Below are positions 1 through 7,862 of a DNA stretch of 25,488 bases, one piece after another. Positions within the stretch are counted from its first letter, which is position 1, and each line of letters begins with the position of its first letter. The notes under the pieces are model-generated. The model worked only from the letters and a program-made list of their open reading frames with translations, was not told the DNA's origin and ran no database searches. The DNA comes from Candidatus Wildermuthbacteria bacterium (GTDB lineage: Bacteria; Patescibacteriota; Minisyncoccia; Minisyncoccales; UBA10102): the NCBI GenBank assembly GCA_016177245.1, contig JACOVR010000046.1, positions 1-25,488 of the forward strand, read 5' to 3'. The position numbers and the translations under genes were made by a program.

Positions 1-30
1 AAATTGATTGAAAATTAAAATTTGAAAATT
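1..30. repeat. Degenerate 7-nt-periodic AT-rich repeat (TGAAAAT-type), possibly truncated by the window edge
   Basis: TGAAAAT at 9-15 and 23-29, separated by TAAAATT at 16-22; ends just before the rpe GTG. Confidence 0.5.
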
Positions 31-31
31 T

Positions 32-664
32 GTGCAAAAAATAATCCCTGCGATTCTTACCTCCGACCCTGCTGATTTGCGTACAAAGCTCACGCTTTTC
101 AAGGGACAAAGCAACTGGCTCCATATTGACATTATGGACAACAAGTTTGTTCCGAATGTTTCCGTGAATCTGTTTGAACTTGGCGAGGCCTCCCAGCATT
201 TCAATCTGGAAATTCATCTCATGGCGCAGAACCCCATTTCCTATTTTGAGGATTGCAAAGAGATCGGCGCGAAAAGAGTTGTGTTTCACTACGAGGCAGA
301 GAGCGATGTTGAGAAGGTGAAAAAAGAAGCAGAGAAACACGAATTTCAGCTTGGCCTTGCGCTTAATCCCTCTACGGGTGTCCAGCCGCTCGCGGTTTTC
401 AGAAACATTCTTGATTCCGTGCTTTTGATGGGAGTGGAGCCAGGCGCGCAAGGCCATGAATTTGTTCCCTCCACATTGTTGAAAGCACAGGAAACAAGAA
501 AACTTTGCCCCGATCTTTTGCTTGGAGCAGACGGCGGCATTGGCGAAGAAAATATAAAAGCCATGTTTTCTGCAGGCGTTGATTATGCGGTAGTCGGCAG
601 CAAAATCATGAACACCCAAGACCCAGTTGCCGCTTTCAGAAAATTGGAAGAGATGGTACAATAA
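32..664 (+). CDS. rpe: Ribulose-phosphate 3-epimerase
   Basis: N-terminal IIPAIL, metal-binding HIDIMD..FVPN and HLM motifs, LLMGVEPGAQG, DGGI and VVGS; 210 aa; adjacent to transketolase. Confidence 0.95.
   Translation: MQKIIPAILTSDPADLRTKLTLFKGQSNWLHIDIMDNKFVPNVSVNLFELGEASQHFNLEIHLMAQNPISYFEDCKEIGAKRVVFHYEAESDVEKVKKEAEKHEFQLGLALNPSTGVQPLAVFRNILDSVLLMGVEPGAQGHEFVPSTLLKAQETRKLCPDLLLGADGGIGEENIKAMFSAGVDYAVVGSKIMNTQDPVAAFRKLEEMVQ
654..662 (+). promoter_or_regulatory. Extended -10 promoter (TGG-TACAAT); probable leaderless start
   Basis: TG at 654-655, TACAAT at 657-662, ATG at 669 (7 nt after the -10); no SD. Confidence 0.55.
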
Positions 665-668
665 TATA

Positions 669-815
669 ATGGAAAAGCGCAAGCAAAAACTCACCGCGCA
701 GGACATCCAGGACAAGATTTTTCGGAGGATGCGAAAAGCAAAGAAGCTTTTGTTGTCGTCTCAATTTTCGACGTTTCTTTTGGAATTGCATGGACTTTCA
801 AAAGTTGCTCGTTAG
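669..815 (+). CDS. Small helical protein (48 aa), putative antitoxin/partner of the downstream nucleotidyltransferase
   Basis: ATG 669 within track ORF 627..815 gives MEKRKQKLTAQDIQDKIFRRMRKAKKLLLSSQF...; overlaps the next gene by 26 nt; follows an extended -10. Confidence 0.6.
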   Translation: MEKRKQKLTAQDIQDKIFRRMRKAKKLLLSSQFSTFLLELHGLSKVAR

Positions 816-1347
816 CGTAGCAAAGATTTTGAATAAACACGGCATTCCTTATGCAGTGACGGGAGGGTATGCCGTTTCAATCTGGGGGAGGCCTCGAGCG
901 ACATTCGATATCGATATTGTGATTGAGCTTTTTCAGCAACAAATATCAGAGCTTGCGGATGCCCTAAGGAGCGTAGCAAAAGTAAGCTATGTTGACGAAA
1001 ATATGATGCTTGAAGCAATCAGACGCAGGGGAGAGTTCAATTTTATTCACGGAGATTCAGGGATGAAGGTAGATTTTTGGATGAGGAAAGGCGACCCCTT
1101 TTCTCGAATGGAGTTTCAACGCCGCGTTCCAGTAAAGATTGAGGGCGTGAAGGTTTATTTTGTATCTCCCGAGGATCTCATCTTGAGCAAACTGCGGTGG
1201 TACCAGATAACTCCTTCAAGTCGCCAGCTAGAAGACGTAGAGTCGGTTTTCAAGATTTCAGGCAAGCAGCTCGATAGAACGTATCTTGCAAGCTGGGCAA
1301 AAAAACTTAAGGTGTTTTCACTTCTTTCCCCATTTCTTAAAAAATGA
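790..1347 (+). CDS. Pol-beta-superfamily nucleotidyltransferase (AbiEii/MenT1-like putative toxin)
   Basis: YAVTGGYAVSIWGRPRATFDIDIV (GG and DxD motifs), later DFW, EDLILSKL and RQLEDV; 185 aa. Confidence 0.8.
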   Translation: MDFQKLLVSVAKILNKHGIPYAVTGGYAVSIWGRPRATFDIDIVIELFQQQISELADALRSVAKVSYVDENMMLEAIRRRGEFNFIHGDSGMKVDFWMRKGDPFSRMEFQRRVPVKIEGVKVYFVSPEDLILSKLRWYQITPSSRQLEDVESVFKISGKQLDRTYLASWAKKLKVFSLLSPFLKK

Positions 1348-2012
1348 AAAAAAAGTACTTCATTATTCTATCGTTCATTGTTCTGCTCATCATCGGCGTG
1401 GGAATTTATACTTTGCAACAAAAATTGATTGAAAATGTCGGCCTAGAACAGGCAGTCCCGCAAAAGGTCGTTGATAAGATTGGCAAGCAAGCTTCTGAAG
1501 AAGTTGAAGTGCGCGCGATTAGTATTCCAGACGTTGATACCTCCGCTTGGCAAACATATCGTAATGAGGAGTTCGGGTTTGCGATAAAATATCCCGAAGA
1601 TCGTATTGGCGTGGAAAGAAGTGGGTCGTTTTACATTCATTCTGCAGAGGATGTTTTTGCCGAGCAAAAATGTAGGGAAGGCCTTGAGAAATTGATACGC
1701 AGTGGGGTAAACGCCGATTACGGCCCATGTCTATTCGGTATTTTCATCACTGTTCAAAGTGAGGAAGAGTGGATGGAGCAGTATTTAATTGAAACCTCTT
1801 ATCCATTACCTGCCGTTGAAGGCGTACTTAAACTCAATCGCGATTTTTATCCACCCGCGTTGGTCATTGCAATTCCCGTACCGCAAAGACAAGATAGAGA
1901 TAGGTTTATTGTATTTGAGGCGTATGATATTTATAGAGAGGATGGATCAAGAGGCGAGAACGGAACCCTTTTGAGACAGGTCCTATCCACGTTTCGGTTT
2001 ATTGAAAAATGA
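1344..2012 (+). CDS. Membrane-anchored hypothetical protein (PsbP-like extracellular domain)
   Basis: Basic N-terminus plus hydrophobic helix YFIILSFIVLLIIGVGIY; WQTYRNEEFGFAIKYP motif; C-terminal QVLSTFRF; ATGA overlaps at both ends. Confidence 0.7.
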   Translation: MKKKYFIILSFIVLLIIGVGIYTLQQKLIENVGLEQAVPQKVVDKIGKQASEEVEVRAISIPDVDTSAWQTYRNEEFGFAIKYPEDRIGVERSGSFYIHSAEDVFAEQKCREGLEKLIRSGVNADYGPCLFGIFITVQSEEEWMEQYLIETSYPLPAVEGVLKLNRDFYPPALVIAIPVPQRQDRDRFIVFEAYDIYREDGSRGENGTLLRQVLSTFRFIEK

Positions 2013-2899
2013 AACAGGACTACACTATTACAGAACTAGAAAAGAAGGCAAACGAGATCAGACAGGATATTATCAAGTTGCTGGTGAAGGCGGGGTCGGG
2101 GCATTCGGCAGGGCCTTTGGGAATGGCGGATGTGTTTGCCGCTTTTTATTTTCGAGTTCTGAAACATGATCCGAAGCGTCCCGCGTGGAAAGAGCGTGAT
2201 CGGCTCATTCTTTCAAACGGCCATATCTGTCCTGTTCGATACACCGCAATGGCGCATGCAGGATATTTTCCAAAGTCGTGGCTCGCAACTTTCAGGAAGA
2301 TAAACTCAAAACTCGAAGGCCACCCGTCTTTTAAGAAAATTTCCGCGTTGGAAACATCATCGGGTCCCCTAGGCGAAGGATTGTCGCAGGCCTGCGGGTT
2401 TGCCATGGCTGCAAAAATGGACGGCATGCAGCATACGTATCACGTATGGTGCGTGACGTCAGACGCAGAACATCAGGAGGGTATGACATGGGAAGCAGCA
2501 ATGTTTGCAGGGAAAAACAGGCTGAATAATCTGACCGTGATCATTGACCGCAACAACATTCAAATAGACGGGTACACGGAAGATGTCATGCCCCTGGAGC
2601 CCTTGCGGGAGAAATACGAGGCGTTTGGTTGGCATGTCATTGATATGAACGGACATGATATGGCAGAGATTATTTCTACGTTTCAAGAGGCAAAAGCAAT
2701 TGCAGAGAAACCCGTATGCATCATTGCGCACACCATTCCAGGCAAAGGAGTTTCTTTCATGGAAAAGGATTATAAATGGCACGGAGTTCCTCCGGGTACT
2801 GCCATTCCAGGCGAACCTGAAAAAGAAAAACAGGCACAGATCGCATTGCGCGAGCTCCGCACCCTGGGAAAGAAAATTGAAGCAGCAGACCTTGATTAA
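2009..2899 (+). CDS. tkt: Transketolase, N-terminal (TPP-binding) subunit
   Basis: SGHSAG, RDRLILSNGH, LEGHP, SSGPLGEGLS, TPP motif variant SDAEHQEGMTWEA...IDRNNIQIDG, KGVSFME...WHG. Confidence 0.95.
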   Translation: MKQDYTITELEKKANEIRQDIIKLLVKAGSGHSAGPLGMADVFAAFYFRVLKHDPKRPAWKERDRLILSNGHICPVRYTAMAHAGYFPKSWLATFRKINSKLEGHPSFKKISALETSSGPLGEGLSQACGFAMAAKMDGMQHTYHVWCVTSDAEHQEGMTWEAAMFAGKNRLNNLTVIIDRNNIQIDGYTEDVMPLEPLREKYEAFGWHVIDMNGHDMAEIISTFQEAKAIAEKPVCIIAHTIPGKGVSFMEKDYKWHGVPPGTAIPGEPEKEKQAQIALRELRTLGKKIEAADLD

Positions 2900-3870
2900 T
2901 GAACTATTTTTTGGCAAAAAACTATCTGGATGAAAAGAAGGTAGAGTGGAAGCCCATGCGCGACGGCGCCGGCATTGGCATGGCAGAGCTGGGAGAAACC
3001 GCAAAAGACATGGTGGTGCTGGGTGCAGATACCATAGAATCTTCCCGTGCGCATTACTTTGCGAAAAAATTCCCAGAGCGTTTCATTCAGTGCGGCGTAG
3101 CAGAGCAGAACCTTATTGGCATCTCTGCCGGTTTGTCGTACCAGGGGAAGGTTCCGTACGCCGTCACCTATGCTCCCTTTCTTATAGGCCGCCCATGGGA
3201 GCCCATTCGCACCATTATCGCGTACCCTGAACGGCACGTGGTGTTTGTTTCTTCTCATGCGGGTCTTGCAACGGGCCCCGACGGACCCACTCATCAGATG
3301 ACGGAAGACATTGCAATAACCCGCTGCCTTCCCGGATTTACCGTGATTGCGCCCGCAGATTATGAACAGGCAAGAAAAGCGGTACAGGCCGCATATTCTC
3401 TGAAAGGGCCAGTGTATATTCGCAACGCAAGAGAGAAGACGCCCTTGTTTACCACAGAGAAAACTCCTTTTGAGGTGGGCAAGGCGCAGGTGCTACGAGA
3501 GGGGAAAGGCGCCACGCTCATTGGCCACGGATATATGGTCTATCGGTTATTACAAATCGCAGAAGAATTGAAAAAGGAAATCTCCTTGGAGGTTATCAAT
3601 CTTCACACGATAAAGCCGCTTGACGGAAAGACAATCTTGGCATCTGCAAAGAAAACAGGACGGGTATTCTGCGCAGAAGACCACAATGTTATAGGCGGCA
3701 TGGGAAGCGCGGTTGCGGAGTTTCTTTCGCAAAAACATCCGGTTCCCATGAAATTCCACGGCGTGCAGGACATATTTGCCGAGTCGGGCTCTGTAAAAGA
3801 TTTATGGAAAAAGTACGGCCTCGACAAAGCCGGAACAAAAAAAGTACTTCTTGAGTTCCTGAAAAGGTAA
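2899..3870 (+). CDS. tkt: Transketolase, C-terminal subunit
   Basis: RFIQCGVAEQN, GPDGPTHQ, GPVYIR, TIKPLD, EDHNVIGGMG; TAATG stop/start coupling to the N-terminal subunit. Confidence 0.95.
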   Translation: MNYFLAKNYLDEKKVEWKPMRDGAGIGMAELGETAKDMVVLGADTIESSRAHYFAKKFPERFIQCGVAEQNLIGISAGLSYQGKVPYAVTYAPFLIGRPWEPIRTIIAYPERHVVFVSSHAGLATGPDGPTHQMTEDIAITRCLPGFTVIAPADYEQARKAVQAAYSLKGPVYIRNAREKTPLFTTEKTPFEVGKAQVLREGKGATLIGHGYMVYRLLQIAEELKKEISLEVINLHTIKPLDGKTILASAKKTGRVFCAEDHNVIGGMGSAVAEFLSQKHPVPMKFHGVQDIFAESGSVKDLWKKYGLDKAGTKKVLLEFLKR

Positions 3871-3911
3871 CAGCCGGACGGCTAGCAATGGTCGTCAGAT
3901 GTATATAACCT

Positions 3912-3933
3912 ATATTTACGATCGTGAGTATTG
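3912..3933. repeat. Palindromic site, copy 1 (ATATTTACGATCGTGAGTATTG)
   Basis: Dyad centred on CGATCG 3919-3924; 3913-3933 matches 4570-4590 at 18/21 nt. Confidence 0.75.
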
Positions 3934-3938
3934 ATTAC

Positions 3939-4526
3939 ATGGAAGATGAAAAATTTAAGAAAGGCGAATTGCTGAAAAAGTTGCTTCGTATAGCCGGCAC
4001 TGGTTTAATTTTGGGTGCGGCGGTAACGATGCCAGGTATACTTCTTGCGGTAAAACCTTTCTTGCAGAACAAGAAAACTTCGTATCAAGCGCTTTCACGG
4101 GCATACAGAATGCTTGTGCGGAAAAAATTTGTTCGCGTGATGAAAAACGGAGATGTATTCAAGCTCGAAATAACCGAGGAAGGGAAACGCCGATACAAGG
4201 AATATCAGTTGCACCATGCAATAAAAGATTTGAAAATCTCAGAACCAAAAACGTGGGATCGCAAATGGCATTTGCTCATTTTTGATATTCCCGAGAAGCG
4301 CAGGGCAGCGCGTGATGCCTTGAGAAATTTTTTGGGGCATCTTGGATGCTATCAATTCCAGAAAAGCGCGTTTTTGCATCCGTTTAATTTTGAAAACGAA
4401 ATTGATCTCCTCGCGGATATGTTCCACATCCAAAAATATGTCACGTGTTTCACGATCGATTCAGAAAGAGTCCCGCATGAAGTCGCGTTTCATTTCGCAA
4501 AACTGTTATCGGGGTATATCACCTAG
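3939..4526 (+). CDS. wHTH plus PaaX-central/Cas2-like domain protein (putative regulator or nuclease)
   Basis: wHTH-like ALSRAYRMLVRKKFV...LEITEEGK; WDRKWHLLIFDIPE...RDALR..L..LG.YQFQKS signature. ATG 3939 preferred over the track GTG 3924, which lies inside the palindrome. Confidence 0.8.
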   Translation: MEDEKFKKGELLKKLLRIAGTGLILGAAVTMPGILLAVKPFLQNKKTSYQALSRAYRMLVRKKFVRVMKNGDVFKLEITEEGKRRYKEYQLHHAIKDLKISEPKTWDRKWHLLIFDIPEKRRAARDALRNFLGHLGCYQFQKSAFLHPFNFENEIDLLADMFHIQKYVTCFTIDSERVPHEVAFHFAKLLSGYIT

Positions 4527-4550
4527 GAAAGATAAGGAGGAAAGATAGGG
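4525..4550. repeat. 13-bp tandem duplication AGGAAAGATAAGG/AGGAAAGATAGGG
   Basis: 4525-4537 and 4538-4550 match at 12/13 and start within the stop codon of the PaaX-like gene. Confidence 0.55.
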
Positions 4551-4568
4551 AACCGTGTAAATTAACCC

Positions 4569-4590
4569 GTACTCACGATCGTGAGGATTG
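4569..4590. repeat. Palindromic site, copy 2 (GTACTCACGATCGTGAGGATTG)
   Basis: Perfect 14-bp palindrome CTCACGATCGTGAG at 4572-4585. Confidence 0.8.
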
Positions 4591-4637
4591 GTTAGGGTTG
4601 TGTTTGTTTTGGTGAAATTGTTGTGACGAGTGACACG

Positions 4638-4646
4638 TGGTATACT
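4638..4646 (+). promoter_or_regulatory. Extended -10 promoter (TGG-TATACT); probable leaderless start
   Basis: TG at 4638-4639, TATACT at 4641-4646, ATG at 4653 (+7). Confidence 0.65.
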
Positions 4647-4652
4647 GATATA

Positions 4653-5636
4653 ATGGTAAAACCAAAGTTTGATCTCATTTCCGTAGGCGATACGCAGTAT
4701 GACGTGTTTCTTGAATTGGAAGAAGAAACGAAGGTTCTGAAAGACCCAGAATCCGGAATAGATTATTTGGGTCTGGTGTTTGCAGAAAAGATTCCTGCAA
4801 AGTCGTACACAAGTGTAGCTGCGGTAGGGAATTCCGCAAACGTTGCCATTGGAGCTTCGCGCCTTGGATTAAAGTCTGCATTCTACACGCACCTGGCAAA
4901 AGACACCATTGGGAAAGAAGAAATTGAAGTGTTTAAAGAAGAGAAGGTTTCCACGGACTATGTGGTATGGGATTCAAAGCGCGGCAGCAACTTTTCTGCA
5001 GTGCTCAATTACAAAGGAGAGAGGACTATAGTGGTGCATCACGAGCCACGGGATTACAACCTGCCCAAGTTAGCTCCAGCGAAATGGCTGTACTACAGCT
5101 CTCTTGCTCCAGGCCATGAAAAGCTCCATGCCCAAATTCCAGAGTATGTAAAGCAGTATGGAGTGAAGCTTGGGTTTAATCCAGGATCTCACCAATTAAA
5201 AGAAGGGCTTTCAGTAATGAGTCCCATTATGCAGGTTTCAACTGTGTTTTTGGTGAACAAAGATGAAGCGAAAGAGCTTCTGGGGAATTCAGACGATATC
5301 AAAGAGCTTCTGCAAGGGTTAAAGAGCAAGGGGCCCGAGATCGCAGTCATTACTGACGACGGCAATGGATCATACTGTTTTGATGGTATAAACTTTTATC
5401 ATCTGGATATTTTCCGTGTCCCCGTGATTGAAATGACTGGAGCGGGAGATGCGTATTCCACCGGGTTCGTTTCTGCCCTTGCTTTGGGCCTTGATGTAAA
5501 AGAAGCGATGAGATGGGGAGCAATGAACGGAGCCTCTGTCATTCAGAAGATCGGAGCCAGAGAGGGGTTGTTAACAAGAAAGGCAATGGAAACGCTCTTG
5601 GAGCAGAATAAGAGTTTTCAGCCGGTAGTGTTTTGA
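4653..5636 (+). CDS. PfkB/ribokinase-family carbohydrate kinase
   Basis: GNSANVAIGASRLG, FNPG, NKDEA, anion-hole motif TGAGDAY; ATG 4653 preferred over GTG 4623. Confidence 0.92.
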   Translation: MVKPKFDLISVGDTQYDVFLELEEETKVLKDPESGIDYLGLVFAEKIPAKSYTSVAAVGNSANVAIGASRLGLKSAFYTHLAKDTIGKEEIEVFKEEKVSTDYVVWDSKRGSNFSAVLNYKGERTIVVHHEPRDYNLPKLAPAKWLYYSSLAPGHEKLHAQIPEYVKQYGVKLGFNPGSHQLKEGLSVMSPIMQVSTVFLVNKDEAKELLGNSDDIKELLQGLKSKGPEIAVITDDGNGSYCFDGINFYHLDIFRVPVIEMTGAGDAYSTGFVSALALGLDVKEAMRWGAMNGASVIQKIGAREGLLTRKAMETLLEQNKSFQPVVF

Positions 5637-5637
5637 T

Positions 5638-6549
5638 ATGAAAAACTACACGGTGTTTATTACAAGCAACATACCCCAAGAAGGGATAAATCTTTTGCAG
5701 AGGCAAGGGTATATTTTGAAGTTCGGCTCCTTGAAAAAAGCAAAAGGCGCGCATGCCTTGCTCTGCCTTTTAACAGATACCATAGACGCGAAGGTTATGG
5801 ATTTTGTTGGCCCTCAACTCAAAATCATTTCTAACATGGCTGCCGGGTTGGATAATATTGAAGTCCACGAAGCAGTGAAACGGGGCATTACCTTTGCAAA
5901 TACTCCTGGCGTGCTTACGGAAGCAGTCGCAGAGCATACCGTTGCGTTGCTCCTGGCAGTGTCTCGCAGGGTGGTGGAAGGAGACCGATTTGTCAGGGCA
6001 AAGAAATACAAGGGATGGCAGGTTGATCTTTTGCTTGGCCAGGAACTGCAGGGCAAAGTTCTTGGCATTGTGGGATACGGGAGAATCGGAAGCAGGGTTG
6101 CCGCAATACTGGAGAAAGGGTTTGGCATGAGAGTTGTGTACCACGACGAGCACCGCAACGAAATTGCAGAGAAGAACAACGCCAAGTACGTTTCCTTTAG
6201 AGATCTTTTGCGGATTTCAGACGCGGTGAGTTTACATGTTCCTTTGTTGGCTGGCACCTTACATCTTGTTGGAGAGAAAGAATTGCGCATGATGAAGAAG
6301 ACCGCGTACTTTATCAACACTTCCAGGGGGGCTGTGGTGGACGAGAAGGCGTTAGCAAAAGCGCTGGAGGAAAATACCATTGCGGGAGCCGGCATTGACG
6401 TATTTGAACACGAGCCCAAGATTGAGCCATCTCTTTTGAAATTACAGAATGCAGTGCTTACTCCGCATATTGCTTCTGCATCTCATGAGGCACGAGTAGC
6501 CATGGCAGAGCTTGCCGCAAAAAATATTATTCGTGTGCTTGGAGCATGA
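5638..6549 (+). CDS. D-2-hydroxyacid dehydrogenase (glyoxylate reductase/D-glycerate dehydrogenase type)
   Basis: AGLDNI, NTPGVLTEAVAE, Rossmann GIVGYGRIG, INTSRG, DVFEHEP, TPHIAS. Confidence 0.92.
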   Translation: MKNYTVFITSNIPQEGINLLQRQGYILKFGSLKKAKGAHALLCLLTDTIDAKVMDFVGPQLKIISNMAAGLDNIEVHEAVKRGITFANTPGVLTEAVAEHTVALLLAVSRRVVEGDRFVRAKKYKGWQVDLLLGQELQGKVLGIVGYGRIGSRVAAILEKGFGMRVVYHDEHRNEIAEKNNAKYVSFRDLLRISDAVSLHVPLLAGTLHLVGEKELRMMKKTAYFINTSRGAVVDEKALAKALEENTIAGAGIDVFEHEPKIEPSLLKLQNAVLTPHIASASHEARVAMAELAAKNIIRVLGA

Positions 6550-7511
6550 TTGAAAAAGCAATCAAAAACTTTCCTAAGCAATTTGAGTGGGAGCCGAAGA
6601 TAGGCAATAAGAAGAACTGGAAACAGTTCAGTAGTTTTATCCTGGCAGGGATGGGGGGTTCTCACTTGGTAGGGGATATTTTTCAAGCCGTTGCCCCCGG
6701 ATTTAATCTTTCCGTGCATCAGGACTATGGCCTTCCCGCGTGGCCCCTTGTTGTTTTGAAAGACACGCTGGTTATTGCAAGCTCGTATTCTGGCAATACC
6801 GAAGAAACCTTGAGCGCTTTTGAGGAGGCAGTTTCAAGGCAGATTCCCGTTGCCGCAATTTCCATTGGAGGAAAACTCTTGGAAATGGCAAAAAAACAAG
6901 GCGTCCCTTACATTCAGATTCCCGATACCGGAATTCAGCCCCGCATGGCAACCGGGTATATGTTCAAAGCGCTCTCGAAAATAACGGGTCGTGAGGATCT
7001 GCTATCGCAGGCAGGAGAATTTGCCAGGTTGCGTCCCGAAGAGTTTCAGGAAAGGGGCAAGGAGCTCGCGCAAAAACTCAAAGGAAAAATTCCCGTTGCG
7101 TACGCCTCAAACCGAAACTACTGCATTGCGTATATTTGGAAAATTACATTCAACGAAACCGCAAAAATTCCTTCGTTTTACAATGTGTTTCCAGAACTTA
7201 ATCACAACGAAATGACAGGATTCGACGTGAAACCCGCCACCAAGGGTTTGAGCAACAAGTTTCACTTTGTTTTTCTTCGCGACTCTGAAGATGAACAGCG
7301 GATACAAAAAAGAATGGAGGTTCTCAAGCGATTGTATGAAGAAAGGGGATTGGGGGTGGAGATTATTGATCTCCAAGGATCTTCAAGAATGGAACGGATC
7401 TTTTCTTCCTTGCTGTTAGCTGATTGGGCAGCGTATCATACTGCCAAGTTGTACGGAGTGGAGCCAGAGCAAGTTCCCATGGTGGAGGACTTCAAAAAGC
7501 TCATCTCATAG
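6546..7511 (+). CDS. Bifunctional phosphoglucose/phosphomannose isomerase (archaeal-type PGI/PMI, SIS fold)
   Basis: GMGGS, SYSGNTEET, QPRMA, NETAK, FPELNHNE, C-terminal GVEPEQVPMVEDFK. Confidence 0.92.
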   Translation: MIEKAIKNFPKQFEWEPKIGNKKNWKQFSSFILAGMGGSHLVGDIFQAVAPGFNLSVHQDYGLPAWPLVVLKDTLVIASSYSGNTEETLSAFEEAVSRQIPVAAISIGGKLLEMAKKQGVPYIQIPDTGIQPRMATGYMFKALSKITGREDLLSQAGEFARLRPEEFQERGKELAQKLKGKIPVAYASNRNYCIAYIWKITFNETAKIPSFYNVFPELNHNEMTGFDVKPATKGLSNKFHFVFLRDSEDEQRIQKRMEVLKRLYEERGLGVEIIDLQGSSRMERIFSSLLLADWAAYHTAKLYGVEPEQVPMVEDFKKLIS

Positions 7512-7564
7512 CAATTTTGGGTACTGGGGAAAACTTTGTTTTGCAGTCATGGCTGCCCGCGGTG

Positions 7565-7570
7565 TAATAT
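7565..7570 (+). promoter_or_regulatory. -10 box TAATAT; probable leaderless start
   Basis: ATG 7577 lies 7 nt after the box; TTGCAG at 7541-7546 is a possible -35 (18-nt spacer). Confidence 0.45.
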
Positions 7571-7576
7571 AAAGGT

Positions 7577-7837
7577 ATGAATAAAAATATCATCATCGGA
7601 GCTGTTGCGCTTTTGATTATTATCGCAGCCGCGTATTATTTCTTTGTGCTGCAAAAATCAGCGCCCCAAGTTACTCCTCTAGAGAAAGAACAGGGGTTGG
7701 GGAGCGAGCTATACAAGAGAACAGGGAATCCGGGAGGGGTCGTTCCGGAGACCAATCCGTTTCAAAACGTACAAGCAAACCCTCTTGAAGGAACCAATCC
7801 TTTTGAGGGAGGGTATAAGAACCCCTTCGGGGAATGA
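7577..7837 (+). CDS. Small single-pass membrane protein with C-terminal NP[FL] repeats
   Basis: TM helix IIIGAVALLIIIAAAYYFFVL; tail TNPFQNVQANPLEGTNPFEGGYKNPFGE. Confidence 0.75.
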   Translation: MNKNIIIGAVALLIIIAAAYYFFVLQKSAPQVTPLEKEQGLGSELYKRTGNPGGVVPETNPFQNVQANPLEGTNPFEGGYKNPFGE

Positions 7838-7862
7838 TCAATTTTCAATGACCAATTTTCAA
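7833..7862. repeat. 14-bp tandem duplication AATGATCAATTTTC/AATGACCAATTTTC spanning a stop and a start codon
   Basis: 7833-7846 and 7847-7860 match at 13/14; TGA 7835-7837 is in copy 1 and ATG 7848 is in copy 2. Confidence 0.6.

Noticed and set aside
2009-3870. Transketolase as a frameshifted pseudogene
   Set aside because: Two-subunit transketolases are an established form; both halves are intact with TAATG coupling.
3872-3883. AGCCG-GA-CGGCT hairpin as a terminator
   Set aside because: 5-bp stem, 2-nt loop and no U-tract.
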